Assembly: GCA_002423205.1 (NCBI GenBank)
Contig: DIUZ01000023.1
Location: 638-64,637, forward strand
Source of the DNA: Micavibrio sp. UBA6145
GTDB lineage: Bacteria; Pseudomonadota; Alphaproteobacteria; Micavibrionales; UBA1664
DNA: 64,000 nucleotides
Reading direction: 5' to 3'
Positions within the stretch are counted from its first letter, which is position 1; each line of letters starts with the position of its first letter. The notes beneath the pieces were generated by a model, which ran no database searches, was not told where the DNA came from, and worked only from the letters and a program-made list of their open reading frames with translations. This document shows, in pieces, positions 18,355 through 27,421 of this stretch. The translations under genes were made by a program, and so were the position numbers.

Positions 18355-19785
18355 TTATGACATTACCCGGTCTACGGCGTGGTGCCACGCTGCGTAATCT
18401 TCTTCACGGGAATCAATGTTTTGTGGTGTGAAACGCGCATCGGCCTGCCAGAGCTTCGCCAGATTTTCCATACTATCAAAGGTGCCGGATTCCAGTCCGG
18501 CCAGTGCGGCGGCACCCCATGCGGTGGTCTCCACATTTGCGGGACGTTCGACATCGCATTGCAACTGATCGGCGATCATCTGGCAGACGAGATTGTTGCG
18601 GGCAAGGCCGCCGTCCACGCGCAGGGTTGTGATGATCTGGTTCGTATCCGCCGTCATGGCGTTGACGAGATCACGGGTTTGAAACGCCTGCGCCTCCAGC
18701 GTGGCGCGCGCGATGTGTGCGGGTGTGGTGCCGCGCGACAGACCAAAAATGGCACCACGTGCATGCGGGTCCCAGTACGGTGCACCAAGACCCGTGAGTG
18801 CAGGCACGAAGATAACGCCGCCGGAATCCGGCACAGAACGCGCAAGCGTTTCGCTGTCGGGGGCGACAGGAATAAGTTTAAGCGTATCGCGCAAGAATTG
18901 AACGGCAGCACCCGCCACGAATATTGCGCCCTCGATGGCGTAAGTGGTTTTGCCGTTGATGCGCCACGCGACAGTGGTCAGCAATTTGTGTTTCGATGCG
19001 GCGGGTTTATTGCCAATGTTCATCAGCGCAAAGCAGCCGGTGCCATATGTGCTTTTGACCATGCCCTTTTCAAAGCAGGCCTGGCCGAACAATGCCGCCT
19101 GCTGGTCGCCCAGTATGGCGCAGATGGGCAATGCTTTGCCAAACAGTGTGGTCACACCGAATTCACCACCGGAATCGCGAACATCCGGCAGCATGGACAT
19201 TGGAACATCCAGCATTTTGCACAGCGATTTATCCCATGACTGGTCATGAATATTGAACATCATGGTGCGCGATGCGTTGGATGCGTCGGTCGCATGCACG
19301 CCCGCCAGACGCCAGAGCAGGAAGCTGTCGATTGTGCCGAACATCAGGTCCATGGCACGTGCGCCTGCCACGTTATCGAGGATCCATTTTACTTTCGTGC
19401 CGGAAAAGTACGGATCACACAGTAGACCCGTGGCTTTCTGTACCTTTTTCGCGTTCAGTGTTTTGCAGATATCGGCGGTGCGGCGGTCCTGCCAGACGAT
19501 GGCGTTGTAAACGGGTTTGCCGGTTTTGCGGTCCCAGACAATGGTGGTTTCACGTTGGTTGGTGATACCGATGGCTTTGATCGTGTCGATGCCAACCCTG
19601 GCAATCACTTCGCGACAAACGTCGAGCGTATCGTTCCAGATATTTTCAGGGTCCTGTTCGACCCAACCATTCTGCGGCGTGATGAGGTGCAGTTCACGCT
19701 GCGCCAGCGCCAGGACTTCGCCCTTGTTATTGAACACCAGCGCGCGGGTGCTGGTCGTGCCCTGGTCGATGGCAAGGATGTTCAT
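18355..19785 (-). CDS. glpK: glycerol kinase
   Basis: N-terminus ILAIDQGTTSTRALVFN and FGGY-family sequence throughout. 476 aa. Confidence 0.9.
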   Translation of the reverse strand: MNILAIDQGTTSTRALVFNNKGEVLALAQRELHLITPQNGWVEQDPENIWNDTLDVCREVIARVGIDTIKAIGITNQRETTIVWDRKTGKPVYNAIVWQDRRTADICKTLNAKKVQKATGLLCDPYFSGTKVKWILDNVAGARAMDLMFGTIDSFLLWRLAGVHATDASNASRTMMFNIHDQSWDKSLCKMLDVPMSMLPDVRDSGGEFGVTTLFGKALPICAILGDQQAALFGQACFEKGMVKSTYGTGCFALMNIGNKPAASKHKLLTTVAWRINGKTTYAIEGAIFVAGAAVQFLRDTLKLIPVAPDSETLARSVPDSGGVIFVPALTGLGAPYWDPHARGAIFGLSRGTTPAHIARATLEAQAFQTRDLVNAMTADTNQIITTLRVDGGLARNNLVCQMIADQLQCDVERPANVETTAWGAAALAGLESGTFDSMENLAKLWQADARFTPQNIDSREEDYAAWHHAVDRVMS

Positions 19786-21293
19786 CCCATTTCCCCCAGA
19801 TGGCGTTTGAGCGCGGACAGTGTTTCCGGCCCCGTATGAAGGCCGATTTTGGAACGACGCCAGAGAATATCTTCAGCCGTGCGTGCCCATTCCACGCGGC
19901 GCAGATATTCGACTTCGGCTTCAAACAGGCCACCACCAAAATCACGTCCCAGATCGGCCGGCTGTTGCGCAGCCCCCAGAAAGCGCGTCATCCATGTGCC
20001 GTAGGCGCGGGCCTGACGCAGGAGCATCTCAGCCTCCAGCCCCGGGTACATCGCGGCGATGTCGGCGGCGAATTCGCCCATATCACCGTCAATCAGGTCA
20101 CCGCCGGGCAGTATACTGTTCTGCGTCCATGCGCCGGCCTTGGTGCCGATCGCGTCCGCGACATCGTCCATGACGGAATCGGCCAGTGCACGCGCGGTTG
20201 TGATCTTGCCGCCGTAAACGGAGCAGATGGGGGCACCGCCATGGCGCTGGTTATACAAATGATAGTCACGCGTGACGGCGGCGGCCTTGCCCTTGCCGTC
20301 ATCAAATAACGGGCGCACGCCGGAATATGTCCACACCACATTTTGCGGCAAAATCTGGGCCGAGAAATACCGGTTGGCGGCGTCACACAGATACGCGGTT
20401 TCAGCCTGTGTTATCTGCGGGGGGACATCGACACCCGCATCATGTTCGACGTCGGTCGTGCCGATGCATGTGAATTTGCCTTCGTAAGGAATCGCAAATA
20501 CCACACGCCCGTCGGGTTGTTGCATCAGGTATGACTGGTCGCCCTTGTACAGCGCAGGCACGACGATGTGCGAACCGCGCACAAGGCGTATCTTTGGCGT
20601 TGCATGGGTGCTGAGCGCATTCTGGTCCAGAAACTGGCGCACCCACGGGCCGGTGGCATTGATGACCATGCGCGCATAGAGGCGCAGATTGGTGTCGGTT
20701 TCAATTTCCCACATGCCGTCATGCGGGGTGATGTCACGCACGCCAGTGCGTGTGTGGATGTGCGCACCGTTGCGTGCGGCGTCGACGGCCTGCAATGCCA
20801 CCAGACGCGCATCATCGACCCAGCAATCGCTGTAGACGAAGCCCTGTTCGTAATTGCCGAACAATGGATCGCCCAAGGGGGAGGTACGAAAATCGATACT
20901 TTGCGAATCGGGCAGCACGTCGCGGCGGGCCAGATGGTCGTACAGACCCAGGCCCAGACGAATTATCCACGGTTTCCTTGTATTTTCAGAAAGCGGCAAA
21001 ACGAAGCGCATGGGGCTGACGATATGCGGGGCGGTTTTTAAAAATACCTCGCGTTCAGCCAGCGCTTTTTTAACGAGGCGCAGCTCGCCGTACTCCAGAT
21101 ACCGCAGTCCACCGTGGATTAGCTTGGTCGAGGCCGATGACGTGGCCGATGCCAGGTCGCCCTTTTCGAACAGGGCCACGGAATAGCCCCGGCCGGCTGC
21201 GTCACGGGCGATGGCCGTGCCGTTCACGCCGCCGCCGATAATGGCGAGGTCACAGGAGTGGAGGCCGTTGACAGAAAATACGCCGGAATTCAC
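19782..21293 (-). CDS. glpD: glycerol-3-phosphate dehydrogenase (FAD-dependent)
   Basis: DLAIIGGGVNGTAIARDAAGRGYSVALFEKGDLASATSSASTKLIHGGLRYLE. The gene overlaps the glpK start by 4 nt. Confidence 0.9.
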   Translation of the reverse strand: MNSGVFSVNGLHSCDLAIIGGGVNGTAIARDAAGRGYSVALFEKGDLASATSSASTKLIHGGLRYLEYGELRLVKKALAEREVFLKTAPHIVSPMRFVLPLSENTRKPWIIRLGLGLYDHLARRDVLPDSQSIDFRTSPLGDPLFGNYEQGFVYSDCWVDDARLVALQAVDAARNGAHIHTRTGVRDITPHDGMWEIETDTNLRLYARMVINATGPWVRQFLDQNALSTHATPKIRLVRGSHIVVPALYKGDQSYLMQQPDGRVVFAIPYEGKFTCIGTTDVEHDAGVDVPPQITQAETAYLCDAANRYFSAQILPQNVVWTYSGVRPLFDDGKGKAAAVTRDYHLYNQRHGGAPICSVYGGKITTARALADSVMDDVADAIGTKAGAWTQNSILPGGDLIDGDMGEFAADIAAMYPGLEAEMLLRQARAYGTWMTRFLGAAQQPADLGRDFGGGLFEAEVEYLRRVEWARTAEDILWRRSKIGLHTGPETLSALKRHLGEMG

Positions 21294-21337
21294 GCTTTCA
21301 CCATTCTAAACTTAAGGGCATTCGACCAGACATTTAT

Positions 21338-22558
21338 ATGCCAGTTCGGTTTTTCATTCTTCTGCTTTTCTGCGTCTTGTCCATGGTATACACAGCCCAT
21401 GCAGGACAGGCGCAGGTGCGCAGGTGCATGGCCATGACCCCGGACCAGAATGCGGCACAGGTCATGGGGTACGGCCTGCGCCGGATCAAGGCGAAAGAGG
21501 TCGATATCGACGACCGGGATGTGACCATCATGCCGGTCATGGCGGGGTTGCGCGGCCCTGCCCTGACCCTATACGGGCGCGACGTGCGCATGGCGGTGGT
21601 ACACAACCAGTCGTCGCCGCAGGAATTGTGGCGGCATGCGCGGTGGAATGTCGACCCCATCGATGACTGCCCGCCCCTGACACGCTGGAATTTCCTCTCA
21701 CGCCTCAAGCGCGATACGACATGGAATCTGCGCCTCGACATGCTCAGCGGTTTTACCGATGTCGACCCGAAGATCTTGTACCGCATGCGCGCGATCCCCA
21801 GCATCACCATCGCGCGGCCCAAGGGCCTGATGCTGGGTTTTGCCATGGCGTACCCGCTGGGCCACAACACCTACGCGCTGGAGGGGTTGCAGGACACACG
21901 CAAACCCGTGCGCCGCGACATCGCCAAGTTTTCAAACGGCATTGCGCTGGAACGCGCCTATGCCTCGTGGCATGCCACGCCGTTCACGGATGTGCATATG
22001 GGCGTGAGCGCAGGCTGGCTTGAGGAAATGTACGGCGGCGCAGGCGCGGAAGTGATCTGGCGGCCATTTGGATCACCCATGTGGGTCGGCGCAGACGGAT
22101 GGGAAGTCTGGCGGCGCGACCCGGACAGCGTGATGAATGTGCAGTGGACGGATGAGCGCGATTTCACCGGCCATGTCCGCGTGGGGTACGATGTGCCGTT
22201 TTCGCGCACGACGTTTTCGGTGGCGGCGGGGCGTTACCTTGCGGGTGATTACGGCACGACGGTCAGCGCCACGCACGCACAGGACAACGGCGTGCACTGG
22301 CGCGCCGACGTGACGTGGACCGACCGCAAGGAATATGACGGGGTTGTAAGCGACACGCATTTCGACGGCATGGTGCGCGCGGTATGGCCGATGGGCGGCA
22401 AGATGCTGCCGACAGACAGCCGCGTGACCGTGCGCCAGCTTGGACGTGACGGCGGCCAGATGATTGAGCGGCCACAGCCGATTGAAACGTTCAGCGAGCC
22501 GCTATCGACGCGGGAGATCATCCGTCACTGGCCGAGGCTGCTGGATAAAATTCATTAA
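21338..22558 (+). CDS. YjbH-domain outer-membrane protein (short form)
   Basis: Signal peptide, then GWLEEMYGGAGAEVIWRP...AAGRYLAGDYGTTVSATH, which matches the conserved YjbH core (GrYLAGD.G.T). Confidence 0.55.
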   Translation: MPVRFFILLLFCVLSMVYTAHAGQAQVRRCMAMTPDQNAAQVMGYGLRRIKAKEVDIDDRDVTIMPVMAGLRGPALTLYGRDVRMAVVHNQSSPQELWRHARWNVDPIDDCPPLTRWNFLSRLKRDTTWNLRLDMLSGFTDVDPKILYRMRAIPSITIARPKGLMLGFAMAYPLGHNTYALEGLQDTRKPVRRDIAKFSNGIALERAYASWHATPFTDVHMGVSAGWLEEMYGGAGAEVIWRPFGSPMWVGADGWEVWRRDPDSVMNVQWTDERDFTGHVRVGYDVPFSRTTFSVAAGRYLAGDYGTTVSATHAQDNGVHWRADVTWTDRKEYDGVVSDTHFDGMVRAVWPMGGKMLPTDSRVTVRQLGRDGGQMIERPQPIETFSEPLSTREIIRHWPRLLDKIH

Positions 22559-22559
22559 C

Positions 22560-22665
22560 GTCATTGCGTGCGTAACAACGTGAAGCGAAGCAATCCATAC
22601 ACAAGCACGACTGAGAAACCCTATGGATTGCCGCGTCGCCGCTTAATGCGGCTCCTCGCAATAAC
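22560..22665. repeat. REP-like imperfect palindromic element
   Basis: Perfect 10-bp inverted repeat gcaatccata (22590-22599) / tatggattgc (22622-22631), nested in an outer 8/9 inverted repeat gtcattgcg / cgcaataac. The minus-strand translation contains MDCFASR..ARND, a string I recognise from spurious ORFs over proteobacterial repeat elements. Confidence 0.5.
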
Positions 22666-22693
22666 AAAAAAGGGCCGCCCCGAAGGGCGGCCT
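22665..22693 (-). terminator. intrinsic terminator (for rluD)
   Basis: Hairpin agggccgccc-cgaa-gggcggcct. On the minus strand it is followed by ttttttgtt. Confidence 0.75.
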
Positions 22694-22823
22694 GGAGTAG
22701 AAGTGGGTCACACGAAGTCACTAAAGAAGTGGCAAAATGGGTTGTTGCCCTGTTCGTCACCTAGAAGGCGACAACCCATGCTTTTAATTTACATAAAACT
22801 TTAAACAATTGCAAGTGTGTTTT

Positions 22824-23792
22824 TCAGATTTTACGCAATATTTTTACCAAGTTACTGATATCTTTTGGTAATTTAGCCTTAAAAGATCTCAGCTTACCGC
22901 TGGTCGGATGCACGAATTCCAACTCCACCGCGTGCAGGGCCTGGCGCGGGAATCTCTCAACCACCTGCGTATCGGCTTCTTTCAGGCCCGTTTTGCGGAG
23001 GGCTGAGGCGGCAGCGGTTTTTTGAAAGCCGTAAAGCGGGTCGCCCAGCACGTAGTGGCGGATGTGCTGCATATGGACGCGGATCTGGTGGGTGCGGCCC
23101 GTCTCAAGCTTGCATTCGACCAGTGACGCCGTGTCCCCAAATTTTTCGAGAACTTTGTAATTGGTTGCGGCTTCACGCCCGCCCATCAGCACCGCCATGC
23201 GCAGGCGGTCGCGGGTATGGCGGTCGATGGCGGCCTCGACCCGGCCTTTATGCGGCTGGGGGACACCCCAGACAACGGCATGGTAGGTGCGGGACATGGT
23301 GCGGTCGGAGAGCTGCGCGCTCAGCGCGTTGTGCGCGTGGTCGTTCTTGGCGACGAGCATCAGGCCCGATGTTTCCTTGTCCAGGCGGTGGACGATGCCG
23401 GGGCGTTTGACGCCGCCAATACCGGAGAGTGAATCGCCACAATGATGCAGCAGCGCGTTGACCAGCGTGCCGTCGGCATGACCGGCGGCGGGATGCACGA
23501 CAAGACCGGCAGGTTTGTTCAGGACGATCAGGTCCTTGTCTTCAAAGACAATATCCAGCGGGATGTTCTGGGCCGAGGGTTGTGCAGGCAACGCTTCCGG
23601 AATAACCAGCGAGACCACCTGCCCTGACCGCACCTTGCCAGACGCGGTATCGGCAACTTTTCCATCGAGTGTGACGGTGCCCCCCTCGATCAAGGATTTC
23701 AGGCGGGAGCGGGAGATTTCCGGCAAAAGCGCGGCCAGGGCCCGGTCAAAACGGGCATTGTCAAATTCATCGGGTATGGTGACACTGTGCAT
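22824..23792 (-). CDS. rluD: 23S rRNA pseudouridine synthase, RluA family (RluD-like)
   Basis: S4-like N-terminus RFDRALAALLPEISRSRLKSLIEGGTVTLDG and catalytic motif HRLDKETSGLMLVAKN. I chose the start at 23792 (MHSVTIP); 23804 is also possible. Confidence 0.85.
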   Translation of the reverse strand: MHSVTIPDEFDNARFDRALAALLPEISRSRLKSLIEGGTVTLDGKVADTASGKVRSGQVVSLVIPEALPAQPSAQNIPLDIVFEDKDLIVLNKPAGLVVHPAAGHADGTLVNALLHHCGDSLSGIGGVKRPGIVHRLDKETSGLMLVAKNDHAHNALSAQLSDRTMSRTYHAVVWGVPQPHKGRVEAAIDRHTRDRLRMAVLMGGREAATNYKVLEKFGDTASLVECKLETGRTHQIRVHMQHIRHYVLGDPLYGFQKTAAASALRKTGLKEADTQVVERFPRQALHAVELEFVHPTSGKLRSFKAKLPKDISNLVKILRKI

Positions 23793-23829
23793 GCGACGAA
23801 CCATAACCCATGAAAGCCGCGAATACAAA

Positions 23830-24840
23830 ATGCGCATTCTCATCATCAGCGACGCATGGGAACCGCAGGTTAACGGGGTTGTGCGCACCTACCAGAACAT
23901 CAGCCGCGAATTGCGGGACATGGGGCACGAGGTTGAGATTATCGGCCCCAACCGGTTCCGGTCCTGTCCGATGCCGGGATATGCCGAAATCCGCCTGAGC
24001 CTGTTTGCGAAGAAAAAGCTCTGGTCGATGATGGATGCGGCGGACGCCGATATCATCCATATCGCCGTAGAAGGCCCCCTTGGGTGGGCCGCGCGGCAAT
24101 ACTGCATCCAGCGCGAATTGCCATTTTCCACCACATTTCATACGCAGTTTCCGGACTATGTCGCGGGGCGGGTGCCGTTTTTCAAGGATGCGGTACGCAA
24201 ACTGGCCATCCGATATGTGCGCGCCTTTCATGCGCCCGCGCAAAAGACATTCGTCGCCACGCAAAGCCTGGAAGACCAGTTGCGGCAATGGGGATTTAAA
24301 CAGGAGCTGGTACAGCTGACGCGCGGCGTGGATTTCGGGATTTTTCACAATGGCCCGCGCACATTGTTTACCGATGCGCCAAAGCCGGTGCTTTTATACG
24401 CAGGCCGCGTGAGCAGTGAGAAAAACATCGAGGCGTTTCTGGACCTGGATACGCCGGGCACCAAAATTGTCGTGGGCCATGGTCCGGATCTTGAGAAGCT
24501 CAAGCGCCAATATCCGAAGGTGGTTTTTACGGGGCTGCAAACAGGTCAGGCCTTGGGCGACCATTACCGCAGTGCAGATGTATTTGTCTTTCCGTCGAAG
24601 ACCGACACGTTCGGCATGGTGCTGATTGAAGCCATGGCGTGCGGATTGCCGATTGCGGGATATGACGTGACCGGACCGCGCGACATCGTCACCGATGCCA
24701 TGCTGGGTGTCGTGCATGACAACCTTGCAACCGCCCTGAAACGCGCCCTTCTGGCCCCCGGCACGCGGGAGATGCGGGAGGAATACGCCCGCCATACCTA
24801 TAGCTGGCGCGCGGTTGCTGAAACCTTCATTAAAGAGTAG
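23830..24840 (+). CDS. glycosyltransferase family 4 (GT-B)
   Basis: MRILIISDAWEPQVNGVVRT at the N-terminus and SKTDTFGMVLIEAMACGLPI (the E-x7-E region). I chose the ATG at 23830, not the ORF-track start at 23515. Confidence 0.8.
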   Translation: MRILIISDAWEPQVNGVVRTYQNISRELRDMGHEVEIIGPNRFRSCPMPGYAEIRLSLFAKKKLWSMMDAADADIIHIAVEGPLGWAARQYCIQRELPFSTTFHTQFPDYVAGRVPFFKDAVRKLAIRYVRAFHAPAQKTFVATQSLEDQLRQWGFKQELVQLTRGVDFGIFHNGPRTLFTDAPKPVLLYAGRVSSEKNIEAFLDLDTPGTKIVVGHGPDLEKLKRQYPKVVFTGLQTGQALGDHYRSADVFVFPSKTDTFGMVLIEAMACGLPIAGYDVTGPRDIVTDAMLGVVHDNLATALKRALLAPGTREMREEYARHTYSWRAVAETFIKE

Positions 24841-24906
24841 GTTTTTGCAGGGTTTGTACGAGTTGTTGCACCGCCATAAATCAGGTAGGCTTTTGCCAGT
24901 GATTCA

Positions 24907-25956
24907 TTGACGGAGATTCGCCTGAACGAAAGCCCGCCGGTCACAGTTCCCATCATCATCAGGACGCTTTTCCTGTCGGATTTTCATTTCGGTTATAAAG
25001 GCGTTGATGGTGCCGCGCTTCTTGAATGCCTTCAGACATACCAGCCGCAATACATTTACCTGGCCGGTGACATTATCGACGGGTGGAAATTATCCAAACG
25101 CTGGCACTGGCGTGCGGAATATACGCGTATTTTCGATGCAATCATCGATCATAAAAAGCGTGGTGCAAAAATTATCTATCTTCCCGGCAATCATGACGAG
25201 CGCGTGCGCAAGGCCACCGCGTTCCGCCGGGCGCGGTTCGGGTTTTTGTCCGGAATACGCATCCGCAATCAATGCGTTCACAAAACAGCAGACGGCAAGC
25301 GCATCATCGTCATGCACGGGGACCAGTTTGATAATGTACTGATCAGCGGGTCGGTTTCGAAATTCGGCGACTGGCTGCATGAGCGTTTTTCGGAATGGCT
25401 GGGCGTGACCCAGCCACCGCCGCGCATTCTGATCGATGGTCGCATGCGCAAATTCTCGCTGGCCAAGGCGTTGATGAAACGCTCAAGCAAGGCAGCATTG
25501 TCGCTGATGAATAATCTTGAAGGTGCGGTCGGGCGACTGATTACACGCAAAGGCGCAGACGGTTTGATTTGCGGGCATACGCATGTGCCGGCGCTTCATG
25601 CATTGAAGAACGGCAAAATTTTCGGCAATTGCGGCATGTGGATGGGACATACCAACACCGCGATCATTGAGCAGACCGACGGGCGGCTTGAACTGGTGCG
25701 GTGGCGCGACATGCGCAGTTTTGGCGATGACGGCATATGCGCATCCAGCGCAGTGCATATTGCGCGGCATATTGAAACCGCGCGCACCATCCGCAAAATC
25801 CGACAGTTATGGCCGGGACGCGTCGCCGGTCAGGTCCAGACCATATTGCCGAAGCCCCTTCAGGGGCAGAAAGGGATCATCGACCAGAAAGGTTGGGATC
25901 CTGTCCATGTAGCCGCTATGACGCCCCTTGGCGATGAACTCGGCGCGCAGGCGTGA
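24907..25956 (+). CDS. LpxH/YbbF-like metallophosphoesterase (UDP-2,3-diacylglucosamine diphosphatase family)
   Basis: LFLSDFHFG, YLAGDIIDGW, YLPGNHDE and VMHGDQFD match the calcineurin-like motifs of the LpxH family. TTG start. The last roughly 50 codons overlap glk antisense and may not be meaningful. Confidence 0.65.
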   Translation: MTEIRLNESPPVTVPIIIRTLFLSDFHFGYKGVDGAALLECLQTYQPQYIYLAGDIIDGWKLSKRWHWRAEYTRIFDAIIDHKKRGAKIIYLPGNHDERVRKATAFRRARFGFLSGIRIRNQCVHKTADGKRIIVMHGDQFDNVLISGSVSKFGDWLHERFSEWLGVTQPPPRILIDGRMRKFSLAKALMKRSSKAALSLMNNLEGAVGRLITRKGADGLICGHTHVPALHALKNGKIFGNCGMWMGHTNTAIIEQTDGRLELVRWRDMRSFGDDGICASSAVHIARHIETARTIRKIRQLWPGRVAGQVQTILPKPLQGQKGIIDQKGWDPVHVAAMTPLGDELGAQA

Positions 25957-26778
25957 CTTTGTAAGCCAGTCGATACCAAGGCGCGGCAAAATTCCGCCCG
26001 TGAAATACACGCCGCCCAGAGCGCCGGTGGTGAGCGCCAGATTACCCGCAACACGCCCCAGAAACGCGATCATCAGATCCAGACATTCGGCGCAGACATC
26101 ACAGGTGCCGTCAAAGGCGCGTGCGGTGATGTCTTCCGGCGCGAGGTCGGGCAATGGTTTGGCGTCGAGCGCGCGGATGGCGTCATACAGATTGAGCAGG
26201 CCTTTGCCTGAGCACACACGCTCGGCGGAGATGTGGCTGTACTTGGTCTGCAAAAGCCAGTCGCGTATGGCGGCTTCGCGCGCGTTCAGAACCGGCAGGG
26301 TGACGTGACCGCCCTCACCCGGCACGGCCAGGTATTTGCCGTTGCCGTAGACAAGCGCGCCGACGCCAAGGCCAGTGCCGGGGCCGATGATACCGATATT
26401 GGACCGGGGCTGCGCCGTGCCGCCGCCGATGGGTTTCAGGTTTTTGGCATCGACATCGGGAATGCCCAGCGCCTGCGCGTGGAAGTCGTTGATCAGGGTC
26501 AGGTCCAGGCCCAAGGCAGCGGACAGCGCACTGACTGAAAACGACCATGGAAAATTGGTCAGTTCAAACATATCCCCGCCAACCGGGCCGGCGACGGCGA
26601 AGACGGCGCGCGCGGGCCGGGGTTTTCCGGCAAGATAATGGGCGGCGGCCTCCAGCGGGCCGGGAAAGGCCGCGACCTGCAATACCTGCGGGTCGTGGAC
26701 GCCTGAGGCGTCCGCCAGCGCAAAACGGGCATTGGTGCCACCGATATCGGCGATCAGCATGGAGATCATGTAAGCCAT
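25807..26778 (-). CDS. glk: glucokinase
   Basis: LIADIGGTNARFAL near the N-terminus and Glk-like sequence through to the C-terminus. Confidence 0.85.
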   Translation of the reverse strand: MAYMISMLIADIGGTNARFALADASGVHDPQVLQVAAFPGPLEAAAHYLAGKPRPARAVFAVAGPVGGDMFELTNFPWSFSVSALSAALGLDLTLINDFHAQALGIPDVDAKNLKPIGGGTAQPRSNIGIIGPGTGLGVGALVYGNGKYLAVPGEGGHVTLPVLNAREAAIRDWLLQTKYSHISAERVCSGKGLLNLYDAIRALDAKPLPDLAPEDITARAFDGTCDVCAECLDLMIAFLGRVAGNLALTTGALGGVYFTGGILPRLGIDWLTKSRLRAEFIAKGRHSGYMDRIPTFLVDDPFLPLKGLRQYGLDLTGDASRP

Positions 26779-26857
26779 TCTGGCACAAAGCCAGTTGTGG
26801 ACAACGGGGCATTTTTAATGGATAGAGACCCGGCAACAGCGAACTATATAGGCATTC

Positions 26858-27226
26858 ATGGCAAAAATTCTTTTAGCTGAAGACGATAGCGCGATGCGTG
26901 GGTTCCTGGCCGCTGCCCTGGCCAAGGCCGGGCACGAGGTTGAGGCGCGCGTGGACGGTCTGGATGCCCTGAACGCCTTGCAAACCGGCGCTGACGGGGA
27001 TTTTGACCTGCTTCTGGCCGACATCGTTATGCCGGGCATGGACGGCATCGAACTGGCCCAGAAGGCCAACGACCTGCACCCGTCCATCAAGGTCATGTTC
27101 ATCACCGGTTTCGCCGCCGTGGCCATGGGCGCACGCAATCCGGCGCAGTCCCAGGCGCGGGTTTTGTCCAAGCCTTTCCACCTCAAAGACCTTGTCGATC
27201 AGGTTAATCAGCTTTTGGCCGCCTAA
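26858..27226 (+). CDS. cpdR: single-domain response regulator CpdR
   Basis: KILLAEDD...LLLADIVMPGMDGIELA...IKVMFITGFAAVA...VLSKPFHLKDLV closely parallels Caulobacter CpdR. Confidence 0.8.
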   Translation: MAKILLAEDDSAMRGFLAAALAKAGHEVEARVDGLDALNALQTGADGDFDLLLADIVMPGMDGIELAQKANDLHPSIKVMFITGFAAVAMGARNPAQSQARVLSKPFHLKDLVDQVNQLLAA

Positions 27227-27282
27227 AGGGGCTTGCATTAGGGCGGACGAACCGCTATCACATCCGGACTTGCGAAGAGACC

Positions 27283-27357
27283 GGGCACTTAGCTCAGCGG
27301 GAGAGCATCACCTTGACATGGTGGGGGTCGCAGGTTCAATCCCTGCAGTGCCCACCA
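27283..27357 (+). tRNA. tRNA-Val (anticodon GAC), CCA encoded
   Basis: Hand-folded cloverleaf. Acceptor GGGCACT/AGTGCCC, D-arm GCTC-AGCGGGA-GAGC, anticodon arm TCACC-TTGACAT-GGTGG, T-arm GCAGG-TTCAATC-CCTGC, then ACCA. Confidence 0.9.
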
Positions 27358-27421
27358 TCTTCGATAGGTGCCGTCGCGCGTGAATAACGCCGCGCAGGCC
27401 CACACAGACTAACCGGAACAT

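Noticed and set aside
22518-22804. Small ORFs (78 aa plus strand, 80 aa minus strand) in the yjbH-like/rluD spacer
   Set aside because: They run across the palindromic repeat and terminator hairpins. Their translations resemble known spurious repeat-derived peptides.
23515-23829. 105-codon N-terminal extension of the GT4 ORF
   Set aside because: It is antisense to rluD. The GT4 family typically begins MRILIxS..., exactly as at 23830.
27358-27421. Integrase or att-site evidence that the glycan locus is a tRNA-inserted genomic island
   Set aside because: There is no integrase, recombinase or transposase ORF between 27.3 and 40.2 kb. By eye I found no repeat of the tRNA-Val 3' end near 40.1 kb. 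I kept only the weaker compositional observation.
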